From contig OZ244742.1 of assembly GCA_965219415.1 (NCBI GenBank), forward strand, positions 1,536,001 through 1,600,000: a stretch of 64,000 nucleotides of DNA, written 5' to 3'. The notes below the pieces were generated by a model. It was not told the DNA's origin, made no database searches, and worked only from the letters and a program-made list of their open reading frames with translations. This stretch comes from Candidatus Marinacidobacterales bacterium. Lineage in GTDB: Bacteria > Acidobacteriota > Vicinamibacteria > Marinacidobacterales > DATDRI01. Both the position numbers and the translations under genes were made by a program. Below, one piece after another: positions 51,365-61,466 of the stretch (position 1 is the stretch's first letter; each line of letters starts with the position of its first letter).

Positions 51365-52043
51365 CTAGCGGAGTAGGGTTTCTTCGACGAGGGCTTCCGG
51401 CAGATTCATCGGATGGCCGAAGTAGGCGACGTTACCCTGACGATCGATCAAAACGCTTCGAGGGATGGCTCGTACCCCATACGATTGAACAACGTTCGAT
51501 TTGAAGTTTCCCTGGTCGAACAGGAATAGAGAACTATAGCCGCCATCGTCGATATAGCGCAGAACGTCTTTGCTCGGCCCCTCGATGTTGATACCGATGA
51601 CCTCGAGGCCTTGTCGCTGGAATCTCTGGTGGAGCTTCTCCACCGTGCATCGAAGAACGACAAGGACCACACCACGTGGCCCAAAAGTCGACGAGCACGG
51701 TCTTGCCATGGAACTCGGAAAGGGACACTCTACGTCCATGACGGTCCTCAAGGGTAAACGACGGAGCGGGCGAGCTAGTCACGATATCCCCGCTTGGCCT
51801 CGCAGGCGTGACCGCTGCGGCCTCGGGCGAGGAACCCTCTGAGGCGGCGCCTGCTGTAGGGGGCTCCGTCGCCGCGTGAGCGGCTGTGGTCTCGATGTCC
51901 TTATCGGTCAAGGTCAGGACTGAGGCTCCGCCGTTGTGTTTGCGGCGCTCCTTTTCCTTCTTCGCAACTTCGCCGAGCGATTGCCCGAGGACCAAAGTCG
52001 GAAGGAGCGACAAAAGGGACCCCGCGAGAACGCGTTTGAACAT
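51365..52043 (-). pseudogene. TlpA-family thiol-disulfide oxidoreductase, frameshift near 51647
   Basis: APSFTL...[11 protein letters not shown] in one frame and VEKLHQ...YGVRAIPRSVLIDRQG in another. Confidence 0.85.
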
Positions 52044-52469
52044 TCAAGCTCCTATTTTCAGGGAACGCTTCGATCTTAACATGGCGTGGGAGGTCGTTCA
52101 ATAAAACCCGCGACCCATCGCGAGAGGGTCTTCTACTGACCGGACTTGACGGGATTCGGGGTCAACTGCGAAGGGCCGTGCTGGGTGACGCCTGTTACAG
52201 ACCGTCCCTCAAGGAGTTGCTGGACCGAGACCGCTCTCGGCCGCGACCACTCCTTCGTTGGGATGCGCAGGGTCGTCCAGCATGGCAGCATGGGTTGTAC
52301 CCGGCCAGCCAGATTGCTATGCTTAGACAGGCAAAGGCATAGCTCGCCTTTGACTTGAACGCCCGCCGCTTAGGCTCACGACACAACCGCAAAGCGACGA
52401 ACCACTGCGCGCGGGTTGGACTGCGCATTGCCGTACGCGTCCGGGCGTCATGAGGAAGGAGACATCGAA

Positions 52470-53897
52470 ATGACTACCGAACTGAAGAAGGGACTCACCT
52501 TCGACGATGTCCTCATAGAACCACGTCGCTCACGGGTGAGAAGTCGCAAAGAGGTGGAGACCCGCACTCAGTTCTCTCGCCACATCGATCTCAACATCCC
52601 CATCGTCAGCGCCAACATGGAAACGGTGACCGAGGCGGACATGGCCATCGCCGTCGCTAGAGACGGCGGTATCGGCGTGATCCACCGTTTCATGCCCATC
52701 CCCGAGGAAGTCGAGCAGGTCTCGCGTGTCAAGCGGTCGGAGAACCTCGTCATCGAGCACCCGTACACGATATCCCCGCAGCAACGTTTGGCAGAAGCTC
52801 GCGAGATGATGGAAGCTCGAGGCGTCACTTCGCTGCTCGTGACCACCGAGGCCGGCAACCTCGCCGGAATCCTCACCCATCGTGACATTCTATTCGTCGA
52901 GGAAGACTCGCGGCTCATCTCGGATCTGATGACACCTGCGGACAAGGTGGTCACGGCTCATACTGGGGTGACTGTAGCTGAGGCGAAGAAACTCTTCCTC
53001 GAACACAAAGTCGAGAAGTTCCCGATCGTCGACGACAAGGGTCGGCTGCTCGGTCTCATTACTATTGCCGACATCATCAAACGCACCCGCTACCCCATGT
53101 CAACCAAGGATGCCAAGGGGCGCCTTCGCGTCGCCGCCGCGGTGGGAGTACGCGGGGATTACCTGGAAAGGGCACAGGCCCTCGCCGATTCGGGAGTCGA
53201 CGCACTGGTCCTCGATGTAGCGCACGGTCACTCCGACCAGGCGATCGACGCAGCCGAACAACTCCGCAAGAAGCTCGGCGACATCGAGCTCGTCGCCACC
53301 GCGCGGGCAATCCGTGATCTCATCGAGCTCGATGTGGATGCGATCAAAGTTGGGATAGGGCCCGGTTCGATCTGTGTGACCCGGATCGTCACCGGCTCGG
53401 GTGTACCTCAATTTTCGGCCGTTCAGGAATGTTCTCGCGAGGCCAAGAAACGAGGCGTTCCCATCATTGCCGACGGCGGAGTCAGAAGCTCGGGTGATCT
53501 CACCAAGGCGATTGCCGCCGGTGCCTCGAGTGCCATGCTGGGTAGCATGCTGGCCGGCACCGAAGAGAGCCCGGGAGTGATGGTGATGCGGGGCGGACTC
53601 CGGCACAAGGTCTGTTGGGGAAGCGCTTCGTTCCGTGCGCAATGGGCGGGACAAGGGGGTACACGACAAGATCCCGAAGAGGCTGCGGAAGTCGTGCCCG
53701 AAGGGGTCGAGGCGGTGGTTCCATACAAGGGTCTCGTCTCCGAAGTGATCCACCAGCTCGTGGGGGGGCTACGCTCGGGAATCAGCTACGCCGGGGGAAG
53801 AAACATCAAAGAACTGCAGCAGAATGCTTCGTTCATTCAAGTCACGCCGGCGGGACTGAAAGAAGGACAAACGCACGACGTAGACCTAATCAAGTGA
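52470..53897 (+). CDS. guaB: IMP dehydrogenase / GMP reductase family protein with CBS pair (atypical)
   Basis: Motifs [40 protein letters not shown] and PEGVE. GNV and the flap RY are missing. Confidence 0.8.
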   Translation: MTTELKKGLTFDDVLIEPRRSRVRSRKEVETRTQFSRHIDLNIPIVSANMETVTEADMAIAVARDGGIGVIHRFMPIPEEVEQVSRVKRSENLVIEHPYTISPQQRLAEAREMMEARGVTSLLVTTEAGNLAGILTHRDILFVEEDSRLISDLMTPADKVVTAHTGVTVAEAKKLFLEHKVEKFPIVDDKGRLLGLITIADIIKRTRYPMSTKDAKGRLRVAAAVGVRGDYLERAQALADSGVDALVLDVAHGHSDQAIDAAEQLRKKLGDIELVATARAIRDLIELDVDAIKVGIGPGSICVTRIVTGSGVPQFSAVQECSREAKKRGVPIIADGGVRSSGDLTKAIAAGASSAMLGSMLAGTEESPGVMVMRGGLRHKVCWGSASFRAQWAGQGGTRQDPEEAAEVVPEGVEAVVPYKGLVSEVIHQLVGGLRSGISYAGGRNIKELQQNASFIQVTPAGLKEGQTHDVDLIK

Positions 53898-54000
53898 GCC
53901 CACGGAGCTCACTGGCGGGCCGGAGCCCGTCACTCACTGCCGGCCGCCAAATTACGTTGTTGCCAAGCTGGAGCTAGCCAGGCGGCGGTGGGGCCCCACG
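53898..54000. repeat. Second, inverted copy of the modular palindromic repeat
   Basis: The reverse complement CGTGGGGCCCCACCGCCGCCTGGCTAGCTCCAGCTTGGCAACAACGTAATTTGGCGGC matches 47347-47404 with few mismatches. Confidence 0.8.
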
Positions 54001-54020
54001 CCACTAATCGATTTCTCTCA

Positions 54021-54770
54021 CTAGCTTCCTTCAGCTTCTTCCAGCTGCGGAATCAATATATCGAGCACCCGAGAGTGGCCGGGCGCCAGCACTAGCGCTC
54101 GCTCGTATGCGGCCCGCGCTTCCTTCAGCTCTCCTTTTTGCACCAGAACGAAGCCGATCCAAGTCTGGACCTCTACCCTCCCCCAGTTCGGCCAGGGTTG
54201 GTCGTCTGATTGCTGCTCGAAAAGTGCCTCCGCCCGTCGAAGCTCCGAGAGCGCTTTGTCCTTTCCGCCACCGAAGAGTCGAGGCTTGTAGAAATTGGCC
54301 ACTGCCCGGTTCAGAACGACTCTCGGGTTGTCAGGTGAAAGTTTGGCGGCGCGGCCCAGCGCCCCTTGCGCTTTGCGTCCAATGGATAGCTTTTCCCAGG
54401 TGTTCGTAATTTGGCCACCATAGACCGCGCCGAGCAGTGCGTGCCCTTCCGAATCCTCGGGGTTCAATTCGAGTAGCGCCTTCAAGTGCGTTTCAGCTTG
54501 CTCGAGAAGAACCCTTCGTTCGCCGATCACTTCGTGGCCAGGCAGATAGGCGAGGCGCCATTTGACGTAGGCTGCGGTGTAGAGACATAGCTCGCGATTC
54601 GAGAGCTCCTCGTGCTGAAGCCAACGCTCTAACGTTCCTGCTTGCCGATCGAGCTCGGCGACATCGCCGTGTACCGTCGTTTCCGAAATCTGTTTGACAA
54701 GGCCGTCCAGATTCGAATCGGGAGTCGCCGCCTGTAGCCAAAGGAAAAGAAGCGCTGGTAGGTAGCTCAC
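54021..54770 (-). CDS. Exported TPR protein
   Basis: Signal peptide and TPR-like repeats (LELNPEDSEGHALLG, LSPDNPRV, AYERALVLAP). Confidence 0.8.
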   Translation of the reverse strand: MSYLPALLFLWLQAATPDSNLDGLVKQISETTVHGDVAELDRQAGTLERWLQHEELSNRELCLYTAAYVKWRLAYLPGHEVIGERRVLLEQAETHLKALLELNPEDSEGHALLGAVYGGQITNTWEKLSIGRKAQGALGRAAKLSPDNPRVVLNRAVANFYKPRLFGGGKDKALSELRRAEALFEQQSDDQPWPNWGRVEVQTWIGFVLVQKGELKEARAAYERALVLAPGHSRVLDILIPQLEEAEGS

Positions 54771-54848
54771 GATGTCTCCTACGCGCAGACTAACGCAGAG
54801 ATGCGTCGAGCAACTGTGAGGAACCCCACTTTTTCATGACCCGGCACC

Positions 54849-56081
54849 CTAGGGCGCGGCGAGGACTAGGGTAGCGTTCGTTCCGCCGAACCCGAACGAA
54901 TTCGAAAGCGCCAGTCGAAGTTTCCGTGAGGTCGGAACGAGGACCGGAGGATAATCCTCGAGCTCGGGCTCGAGTGGCTCCGCATTCACCGACGGAGCGA
55001 TCCACCCTTCTCGGAGCATGGCCAGCGTGAAAATGGTTTCGATCGTGCCCGCCGCGGAGACGGGGTGTCCGGTGTACCCTTTGGTCGACGAATAAGGCAA
55101 GTGCCGGTCGTCCAAAATTCGGCGCATCGCTCGCACCTCAGACACGTCGCCCAGGGGAGTGGAGGTCGCGTGCGTGTTGATGTAATCGATCTCGTCGGGA
55201 GTCACTCCCGCATGTTCGAGGCCTCGCTGCATTGCAAGCACCGCACCCTCCGAGGAGGGCGCCACCATCTCGCGCGAACCGCCCGACGACATGCCGTACC
55301 CCCGCAAGACACCTAGGATGGGTGCCCCGCGACGGGTGGCGGACTCCCGTGTCTCGAGAACGACCAGACCCGCACCCTCGGAGAAAATGAAGCCGGCTCG
55401 ATCGGCGGCGTAGGGTCGCGATGCGCGCTCTGGGTGATCGTTATCCTGACCGTTGTAGGCGCGCATAGAGTCGAAACCGGCAAAGAAATGGATGTCGGCT
55501 ACCTCCACGCCACCTGCAATAGCCCCGTCGACCCGACCCTGCTCGATGAGCTCCGCCGCAAGTAGGACATTGTAGGCTCCGCCCGCGCAGGCGGCGGTGG
55601 CGCTAAACGAAGGTCCGGTAGTCCCCAGGACCGTTGCCAGGTTTGCCGAGACGGTCGAGGCCATCAAACGTGGGATGATCGTCGGCGACACTCTTTTCGC
55701 GTTCTTGGTTTGCGCGAGCTTGTTGTGAATCTCCACGTGGGCGTCCACATCGCCGGTCCCGCTTCCTACTACGACTGCCAACTCGCTGGGCTCGATCCTC
55801 GATTGCTCGAGCGCAAGCCGGGCGGCACGGACCGCCATGAGGGCCGCTCTTCCCATGAAACGTGCTTGCTGCTTGTTGATCCCGAGGTTTGCGGGAGAAA
55901 GGTCGTTCGGGTACGCCCCGATCAGTTGGCATCGGGCGCCGTAGTCGACCGCCGGCTGCCAACGCGTAAACGGCGTCGCCCTTCCCTCTCGTAGTGCAGC
56001 TTCGATGGCCGGCAAGTCGTCGCCCATGTGGCAGCAGACGCCTCCTCCGGTAATCACGACTTCACGCGATGGGTCTCTCAT
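54849..56081 (-). CDS. Beta-ketoacyl-ACP synthase (FabB/FabF type)
   Basis: TAACAG catalytic Cys, INTHATST, TKGYTGH and SNSFGFGGTN. Confidence 0.92.
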   Translation of the reverse strand: MRDPSREVVITGGGVCCHMGDDLPAIEAALREGRATPFTRWQPAVDYGARCQLIGAYPNDLSPANLGINKQQARFMGRAALMAVRAARLALEQSRIEPSELAVVVGSGTGDVDAHVEIHNKLAQTKNAKRVSPTIIPRLMASTVSANLATVLGTTGPSFSATAACAGGAYNVLLAAELIEQGRVDGAIAGGVEVADIHFFAGFDSMRAYNGQDNDHPERASRPYAADRAGFIFSEGAGLVVLETRESATRRGAPILGVLRGYGMSSGGSREMVAPSSEGAVLAMQRGLEHAGVTPDEIDYINTHATSTPLGDVSEVRAMRRILDDRHLPYSSTKGYTGHPVSAAGTIETIFTLAMLREGWIAPSVNAEPLEPELEDYPPVLVPTSRKLRLALSNSFGFGGTNATLVLAAP

Positions 56082-56160
56082 CTCTTTCTACATCCAAATC
56101 CAGGCACAACTACGACACGAAAACCCCGTTGAACTTGGAAGGGAGCTTGGCGGAGTCCGT

Positions 56161-57306
56161 CTACGGCTCGATCGTAATCGGAACCACCTGATAGTCGAGC
56201 GCGGTCGCGAAGCGTGCGGTTGCGACGGTGATCGAATGAACTCCCTGTAGTCCGTTGCGAGGGGTGACGGTGACCACACCGGTATCGAAATCGACCGTGT
56301 AGACGAGATCCGCATGCGCTCTAGCCGGCACGGGAACTCCATTAGAATCGAGTCCGGCCTCGTCGAGAAAGAACGCCGCATCTCCTTCCACATCGATCGC
56401 GCTCAGTTGGAATGTCACCGGGGTATCGACTTTGGTCGAAACAGGAGGGATGTCGGCCAGGAACGGATCGCTGTCGACCGTGTCGGGTGAGACGGTCACA
56501 AGAAACGTCCGGCTGATTTGGGCTCCGTCCGGGCTGCTCGCGGTAACCGTGACCGTGGCTTGACCGCTCGCCCCCTCGGCGGCCGCGAGCATCAGGACGG
56601 CGTTCTGATTGTCCTTGAAAATCCGCACCGGTTGCATGACGACATCGGTGATGGGACGATCACCGGTACCGACGGGAACCCCGCTGATCTCTGCCCGCAC
56701 GTCTTCGCCTTCCACCAACAAACCAAAGATCGAATGGTTGAAATCGAGATGGCGTGAGGCTCCTTCGGTGATGAAGAACTGCGAGTCGTTCGTGTCGTCG
56801 TCCGTTTTCGCCATCGAGAGGAGCCCGGTTCGGTTGTGCTGCAGATCGACATGGAACTGATCGTCGAATGAACCCAGCGTAGAGCCGCCGGCGCCGGTTC
56901 CGGTTGGGTCACCACCCTGGATGACGAAGTTATCGAGCACACGGTGAAAAATGACGCCGTTGTAGAAGCCGCTTTCGGCCAACCTGATGATCCGGCGCGT
57001 CACGCAGGGTGACCGATTCTCAAAAAGCTCGAAAACCATGTCCCCGAAGCCAGGCACCGTGACCCGCATGCTGCGGTTTCCCTTGGTGATGGCGGTGGTG
57101 ACCAGTTCGCTATTGCTGCTGGCGGTAAAAGACAATGATTGACCGCTGGCCTCGAACCCGTCGAGCGGAATATGGAGAGGCGAGCCTGATAGTAGGGCGG
57201 CGTCGCCGATCGGCTCGAGAGTCGGGGCCAGCGCGACGGCAAGGAACCCTGCCGGACTACTGCTCACAAACACCAGCAATACCAATTGTTGGAGTCGAAT
57301 CCTCAT
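56161..57306 (-). CDS. Exported cyclophilin-type peptidyl-prolyl isomerase with Ig-like flanking domains
   Basis: FYNGVIFHRVLDNFVIQGGDPTGTG, LSMAK, SQFFIT and HLDFNHSIFG. Confidence 0.9.
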   Translation of the reverse strand: MRIRLQQLVLLVFVSSSPAGFLAVALAPTLEPIGDAALLSGSPLHIPLDGFEASGQSLSFTASSNSELVTTAITKGNRSMRVTVPGFGDMVFELFENRSPCVTRRIIRLAESGFYNGVIFHRVLDNFVIQGGDPTGTGAGGSTLGSFDDQFHVDLQHNRTGLLSMAKTDDDTNDSQFFITEGASRHLDFNHSIFGLLVEGEDVRAEISGVPVGTGDRPITDVVMQPVRIFKDNQNAVLMLAAAEGASGQATVTVTASSPDGAQISRTFLVTVSPDTVDSDPFLADIPPVSTKVDTPVTFQLSAIDVEGDAAFFLDEAGLDSNGVPVPARAHADLVYTVDFDTGVVTVTPRNGLQGVHSITVATARFATALDYQVVPITIEP

Positions 57307-57561
57307 GGGTGTCGGTTCGTGGTCCTTGGCCGAACATGGCCGCGGATGCTAACGAAGTACAGCATTTGCCAGTAACTCGATGTTTTGTAGCGGATTACAG
57401 CAAGAATCGCAAGCATCACTCCGCCCTAGTAATGTCTTCTATCTTGGCGGGGTGCCGCCGGTCAAGAGGAATTCCTCGGAATCTTCTGCTCGACAGATAG
57501 GCCGGCCGGTGATAAAAGGACGATGACTTTAAGACCGGAGTAAGGCGAAGGAGACGAAATC

Positions 57562-58290
57562 ATGCGTAATCTAATCTTTTTGATAACTCTTGTTTCATTC
57601 GTGGGCTGTCAACCGGCGGAGGAGGCGGCGTCGGATGCGGTCACCGAGGATGCGGCCTCGACGGATGATTCCACGGACCCGACGGTATCCGAGCCCAATC
57701 ACTACAAGGTGGAGTTCGAGAACGACCACGTACGGGTAGTGCGGATCACGTATGCCGCTGGCGAGGAGACCCAGATGCACTCACATCCCGCATCGGTGTC
57801 AGTCTTTCTGACAGACGCCGAAGGCGTGCTTGCCTTGGAGGACGGGAGTGAACAGGAGTTCAACAACAAGGCCGGAGACTCGATGTTGATGGACGCGCAG
57901 AGCCACCAGCCCCGAGCGAAAACGGACTTCGAGCTGATCCAGATCGAGCTCAAGGGCAGCGGTGGCGAAGCCGAGGCGGCACCGGAAGAGGCGTCCGGCG
58001 AGTCATTGGATGCGACCGCCGTGGAGCCGGATCATTACGCGACGGTTCTCGAGAACGACCACGTGAGGGTACTGCGAATTACTTATGCGGCAGACGATGA
58101 GGCCGCTGTTCACTCACATCCGAACGCGGTCTTGGTTTCGCTGACCGACGGCGAGTCAGAGCTTATCCTCGAGGACGGGACGAAAAGGGAGGCCAACTTC
58201 AAAGCCGGTACCGCAGCGTGGGCTCCGGCCGAGACGCACCATGGCAAGGCCCATACTGCCCTGGACATGATCTTGGTCGAGCTCAAGTAA
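57562..58290 (+). CDS. Lipoprotein with two tandem cupin domains
   Basis: VGC lipobox and a duplicated P(N/D)HY...ENDHVRV.RITYAA...HSHP...H motif. Confidence 0.85.
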   Translation: MRNLIFLITLVSFVGCQPAEEAASDAVTEDAASTDDSTDPTVSEPNHYKVEFENDHVRVVRITYAAGEETQMHSHPASVSVFLTDAEGVLALEDGSEQEFNNKAGDSMLMDAQSHQPRAKTDFELIQIELKGSGGEAEAAPEEASGESLDATAVEPDHYATVLENDHVRVLRITYAADDEAAVHSHPNAVLVSLTDGESELILEDGTKREANFKAGTAAWAPAETHHGKAHTALDMILVELK

Positions 58291-58308
58291 AGAAGTCTAT
58301 TCTTTCTG

Positions 58309-58335
58309 GGAGAGGAGCTCCCCGAGCTCCTCTCC
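58309..58335. terminator. Perfect 12-bp hairpin between convergent genes
   Basis: GGAGAGGAGCTC-CCC-GAGCTCCTCTCC, without a clear U-tract. Confidence 0.45.
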
Positions 58336-58336
58336 A

Positions 58337-59848
58337 TCAACTCACTAAGCGGCAGCAGCCGTCTTGCTCCTGCACCCTGCCCTCTTCTTGCAGCTTGATA
58401 AGTCCCGAGGCTAGCGAGCGACCCGCCATCTCCCACATTTTCTTGTCCACGTCGGCGTAGACTTTGCTCACCAGCTCCGACACCGATTGTGGCTCGTCCG
58501 AGAGAGCGGCCAACAGTTGATTCTCTCTTTGCTGACGATGGCGAAGCTGCGCTTGAATAGCCTTTCTTCCCTCACGGGCCGGGGGTCCATGTCCCGGATA
58601 GACGGTGGCTTCCGCCACCGACTCCAAGAACTTAAGGGACTCCAAGTAGGTAGCGAGGTGACCGTCGCGAGGGTCGATTAGGATGGAGGACAGGGTCGAT
58701 AGCAAATCTCCTACGATGAGTGTCTGGTAGCGACTCTCCTGAAACGCCAAGTGGCCGGGTGCGTGACCAGGAACGTGAAAGGCGCGCAGCGTCCACCCCG
58801 GTTTCCCGTCGGGCGTGCTCCCCAGATCGAGGTCCTGCTCGTGTTCCAACGGCTCCCCAAAGTCGAAGCCGCCGAGCTCCGCCATCGTATCTCGATGCGC
58901 ACGCACCGGGAGTTTATAGCGACGCTGACACTCCGCGACCGCTCCCACATGGTCCGGATGGTAGTGCGTCAAAAGTATCCCTTCGAGCATCCGGCCCTCG
59001 GCGAGGAACTCGTCGAGAAGGTCCCAAAGCTTTGCCTGCTCTAATGGCTCCACCGGAGCGGGATCGACGAGGTAAACTCTCTCCTCTCCCACCAAACACG
59101 TGTTGGTGTGCGTGGCGGGTGGTTTGGTCGGGGTCTTCAATGCGGCGAGGAGAACTCCGGGTGTGAAGTAGACACGATGAAGCTTCCCGTCGTCGTAGGA
59201 CGTGAATTGCTGCATCCAATTCACGAAGTCTTCCTTGGTCGAGTTTGCCAGGCGTTGGAGGAAGATGATCACCGGCGGAACGATCAAGACCTCACCTTCC
59301 CGCCATTTCTCCAGTGCGTCTTCCGGCTTGGCGAAACCACCGCCCACCAGCTCCCCCTCGATGATCTCGACTTCGCCCCCTTTTGGAAGCTGGCAGCCCA
59401 GAAACCAGGTGTCATAACGGCGCGGTGTGAAAGGCGGTGTCGTGATGCGGCACAGAGGAGTGAAATCCAGTGCGTCTATCCGTTGGCCCCGCTGCTTCAA
59501 GATCTGAACAAAAGACAACTCATCGGCCAACATCAGACGCCGGTCCTCGTCCAGCGAGCGGCCCGATTCATCGACTCCTCGGCCTAGCCAAACGCCGGTC
59601 TCTTCGAAGAGCTCCCGCGCCGCGGCCACGACGAAGGATGGGAAGTCTTTTCCAAGACTTTCTCCTCTTTCCTGAGACAACTTATCCAAGTTGTCGACTG
59701 GTACCTTTGCGTCCTCGGGCTCGAGAGTCCCCCCCGGAAACGCCTGGTAACCTCCGAAAAAAGACAGCTTGGGATTACGATCGATCAGCAGGACTTCGTC
59801 CCAACTCTCGTTCCGACTCAACAAGATGCTAACGGCGATGCGGGTCAT
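58337..59848 (-). CDS. NUDIX-like / metallo-beta-lactamase (LACTB2-like) fusion
   Basis: FPGG...AARELFEETG and ITTP...RRYDTWF at the N-terminus. THYHPDH, PGHAPGH, GD and PGHG follow, then a winged-helix-like tail. Confidence 0.88.
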   Translation of the reverse strand: MTRIAVSILLSRNESWDEVLLIDRNPKLSFFGGYQAFPGGTLEPEDAKVPVDNLDKLSQERGESLGKDFPSFVVAAARELFEETGVWLGRGVDESGRSLDEDRRLMLADELSFVQILKQRGQRIDALDFTPLCRITTPPFTPRRYDTWFLGCQLPKGGEVEIIEGELVGGGFAKPEDALEKWREGEVLIVPPVIIFLQRLANSTKEDFVNWMQQFTSYDDGKLHRVYFTPGVLLAALKTPTKPPATHTNTCLVGEERVYLVDPAPVEPLEQAKLWDLLDEFLAEGRMLEGILLTHYHPDHVGAVAECQRRYKLPVRAHRDTMAELGGFDFGEPLEHEQDLDLGSTPDGKPGWTLRAFHVPGHAPGHLAFQESRYQTLIVGDLLSTLSSILIDPRDGHLATYLESLKFLESVAEATVYPGHGPPAREGRKAIQAQLRHRQQRENQLLAALSDEPQSVSELVSKVYADVDKKMWEMAGRSLASGLIKLQEEGRVQEQDGCCRLVS

Positions 59849-59894
59849 GGACCGTTATAATACCCGTGCGCGAGAAACCGCGCCATGAAAGGAA

Positions 59895-61466
59895 ATGTCG
59901 ATGATTGCCCTGAAGAGTTACGCAAGCGGAACGTGGAAGACGGGCAGTGGGAAGGAACGCGTCTTGCAGAACGCCGTCACTGGCGAGGACATTGCGACGT
60001 GCACCAGTGTAGGCCTCGATTTCGCGGCCATGCTCGATTGGGCTCGCGCCAAGGGTGGTCCGGCTCTACGTGCGTTGACGTTCCACGAGCGCGCCGGGCT
60101 TCTCAAGAAGATGACGGGTGTTCTGAACGAGCACCTCGATGAATTTCATGAAATCGCTGCGGCCTATGGGGCGACCCGCACCGACGCGATGATGGACGTG
60201 GAAGGAGGGATCGGCACGCTCGGTTACTACGCGGGCCTCGGTGCCAAGAAACTCCCACCGAGCACCTTCCTGACCGACGGCCCCCCGGCCCGACTGTCCA
60301 AACCGGGGAACTTCTTTGGACGGCACATCTACGTGCCGCTCGAAGGGGTGGCGGTTCAAATCAATGCCTACAACTTCCCCTCTTGGGGCATGCTGGAGAA
60401 GGTGGCGCCATCGATCCTCGCCGGCATGCCGAGCATCGTCAAACCGGCGACGCCGACCGCTTGGCTCGCCTTCCGCATGGTGGAAGTGCTTATCGAGTCC
60501 GGAGTCATGCCGGAAGGAACTCTGCAGCTCATCTGCGGGTCGGTGGGCGATCTCCTCGATCACCTAACGTGCCAGGACGTCGTATCTTTCACTGGTTCAG
60601 CTTCCACCGGTCACAAGATCCGATCCCACCCCAACATCGTGAAGAACGCGGTGCGCGTGAATATCGAGGCGGATTCGCTGAACTGCATCATCCTGGGGCC
60701 CGATGTGACTGAGGGATCCCCAACGCTCGACTACTTCACCAAGGAAGTCATCAAGGAGATAACCATCAAGGCCGGACAGAAGTGCACGGCGATCCGTCGG
60801 CTCGTCGTACCTAAGGACAAGGAGTCGTTGGTCATTGAAGCTCTGAAGGAACGTCTAGCGAAAATCCGCGTGGGCGATCCGGGAGTGGAGGGAGTGCGCA
60901 TGGGGCCGCTCGTCGATCGATCGGCACTCGAGTCCGCCCGCGAAGGCGTCGAGAGCTTGAGCCGCGAAGCCGACGTCGTCTTCGGAGATCCGAAGCGCGC
61001 GAGTTTCGAGGGTGCTGGCACCGAAAAGGGCTTCTTCATGGAGCCGGTCCTACTTCGCGCGAACAACGCGGAAGATGCCCGACTCGTTCATGAAGTCGAA
61101 GTCTTCGGCCCGGTGGGGACGGTGCTCGGCTACCAAGACGTCGAGCAAGCGATTCGCCTCGCGCGGCGCGGCGGAGGCAGCCTAGTCGGTTCGATCTACA
61201 GTGAGGACGAGGAATTCATTCACAAGATGACTTTCGGCCTCGCTCCGTATCACGGTCGTCTCATGGTCATGAACGCGAAGGCGGCTCCCGAATCCACAGG
61301 GCACGGTGTCGTCATGCCCCACTTGGTGCACGGTGGCCCCGGTCGTGCGGGTGGTGGAGAAGAACTGGGGGGACTAAGGAGCGTCTACCACTACATGCAG
61401 CGCATCGCTCTACAAGGGGATCCGGAGAGGCTCGACAGGCTCTGCGCGCCCGCGGTCATGGAGTGA
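59895..61466 (+). CDS. PaaZ/BoxD-like CoA-semialdehyde dehydrogenase (ALDH domain only, no MaoC)
   Basis: INAYNFPSWGMLEK, FTGSAST, EADSLN, KAGQKCTAIRR, EVFGPV and HGGPGRAGGGEELGG. Confidence 0.88.
   Translation: MSMIALKSYASGTWKTGSGKERVLQNAVTGEDIATCTSVGLDFAAMLDWARAKGGPALRALTFHERAGLLKKMTGVLNEHLDEFHEIAAAYGATRTDAMMDVEGGIGTLGYYAGLGAKKLPPSTFLTDGPPARLSKPGNFFGRHIYVPLEGVAVQINAYNFPSWGMLEKVAPSILAGMPSIVKPATPTAWLAFRMVEVLIESGVMPEGTLQLICGSVGDLLDHLTCQDVVSFTGSASTGHKIRSHPNIVKNAVRVNIEADSLNCIILGPDVTEGSPTLDYFTKEVIKEITIKAGQKCTAIRRLVVPKDKESLVIEALKERLAKIRVGDPGVEGVRMGPLVDRSALESAREGVESLSREADVVFGDPKRASFEGAGTEKGFFMEPVLLRANNAEDARLVHEVEVFGPVGTVLGYQDVEQAIRLARRGGGSLVGSIYSEDEEFIHKMTFGLAPYHGRLMVMNAKAAPESTGHGVVMPHLVHGGPGRAGGGEELGGLRSVYHYMQRIALQGDPERLDRLCAPAVME

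Noticed and set aside
51640-51655. Programmed frameshifting in TlpA (likewise PhoD and Kelch)
   Set aside because: No slippery site with a stimulatory structure was seen. Single-base indels across the window point to assembly error or decay.
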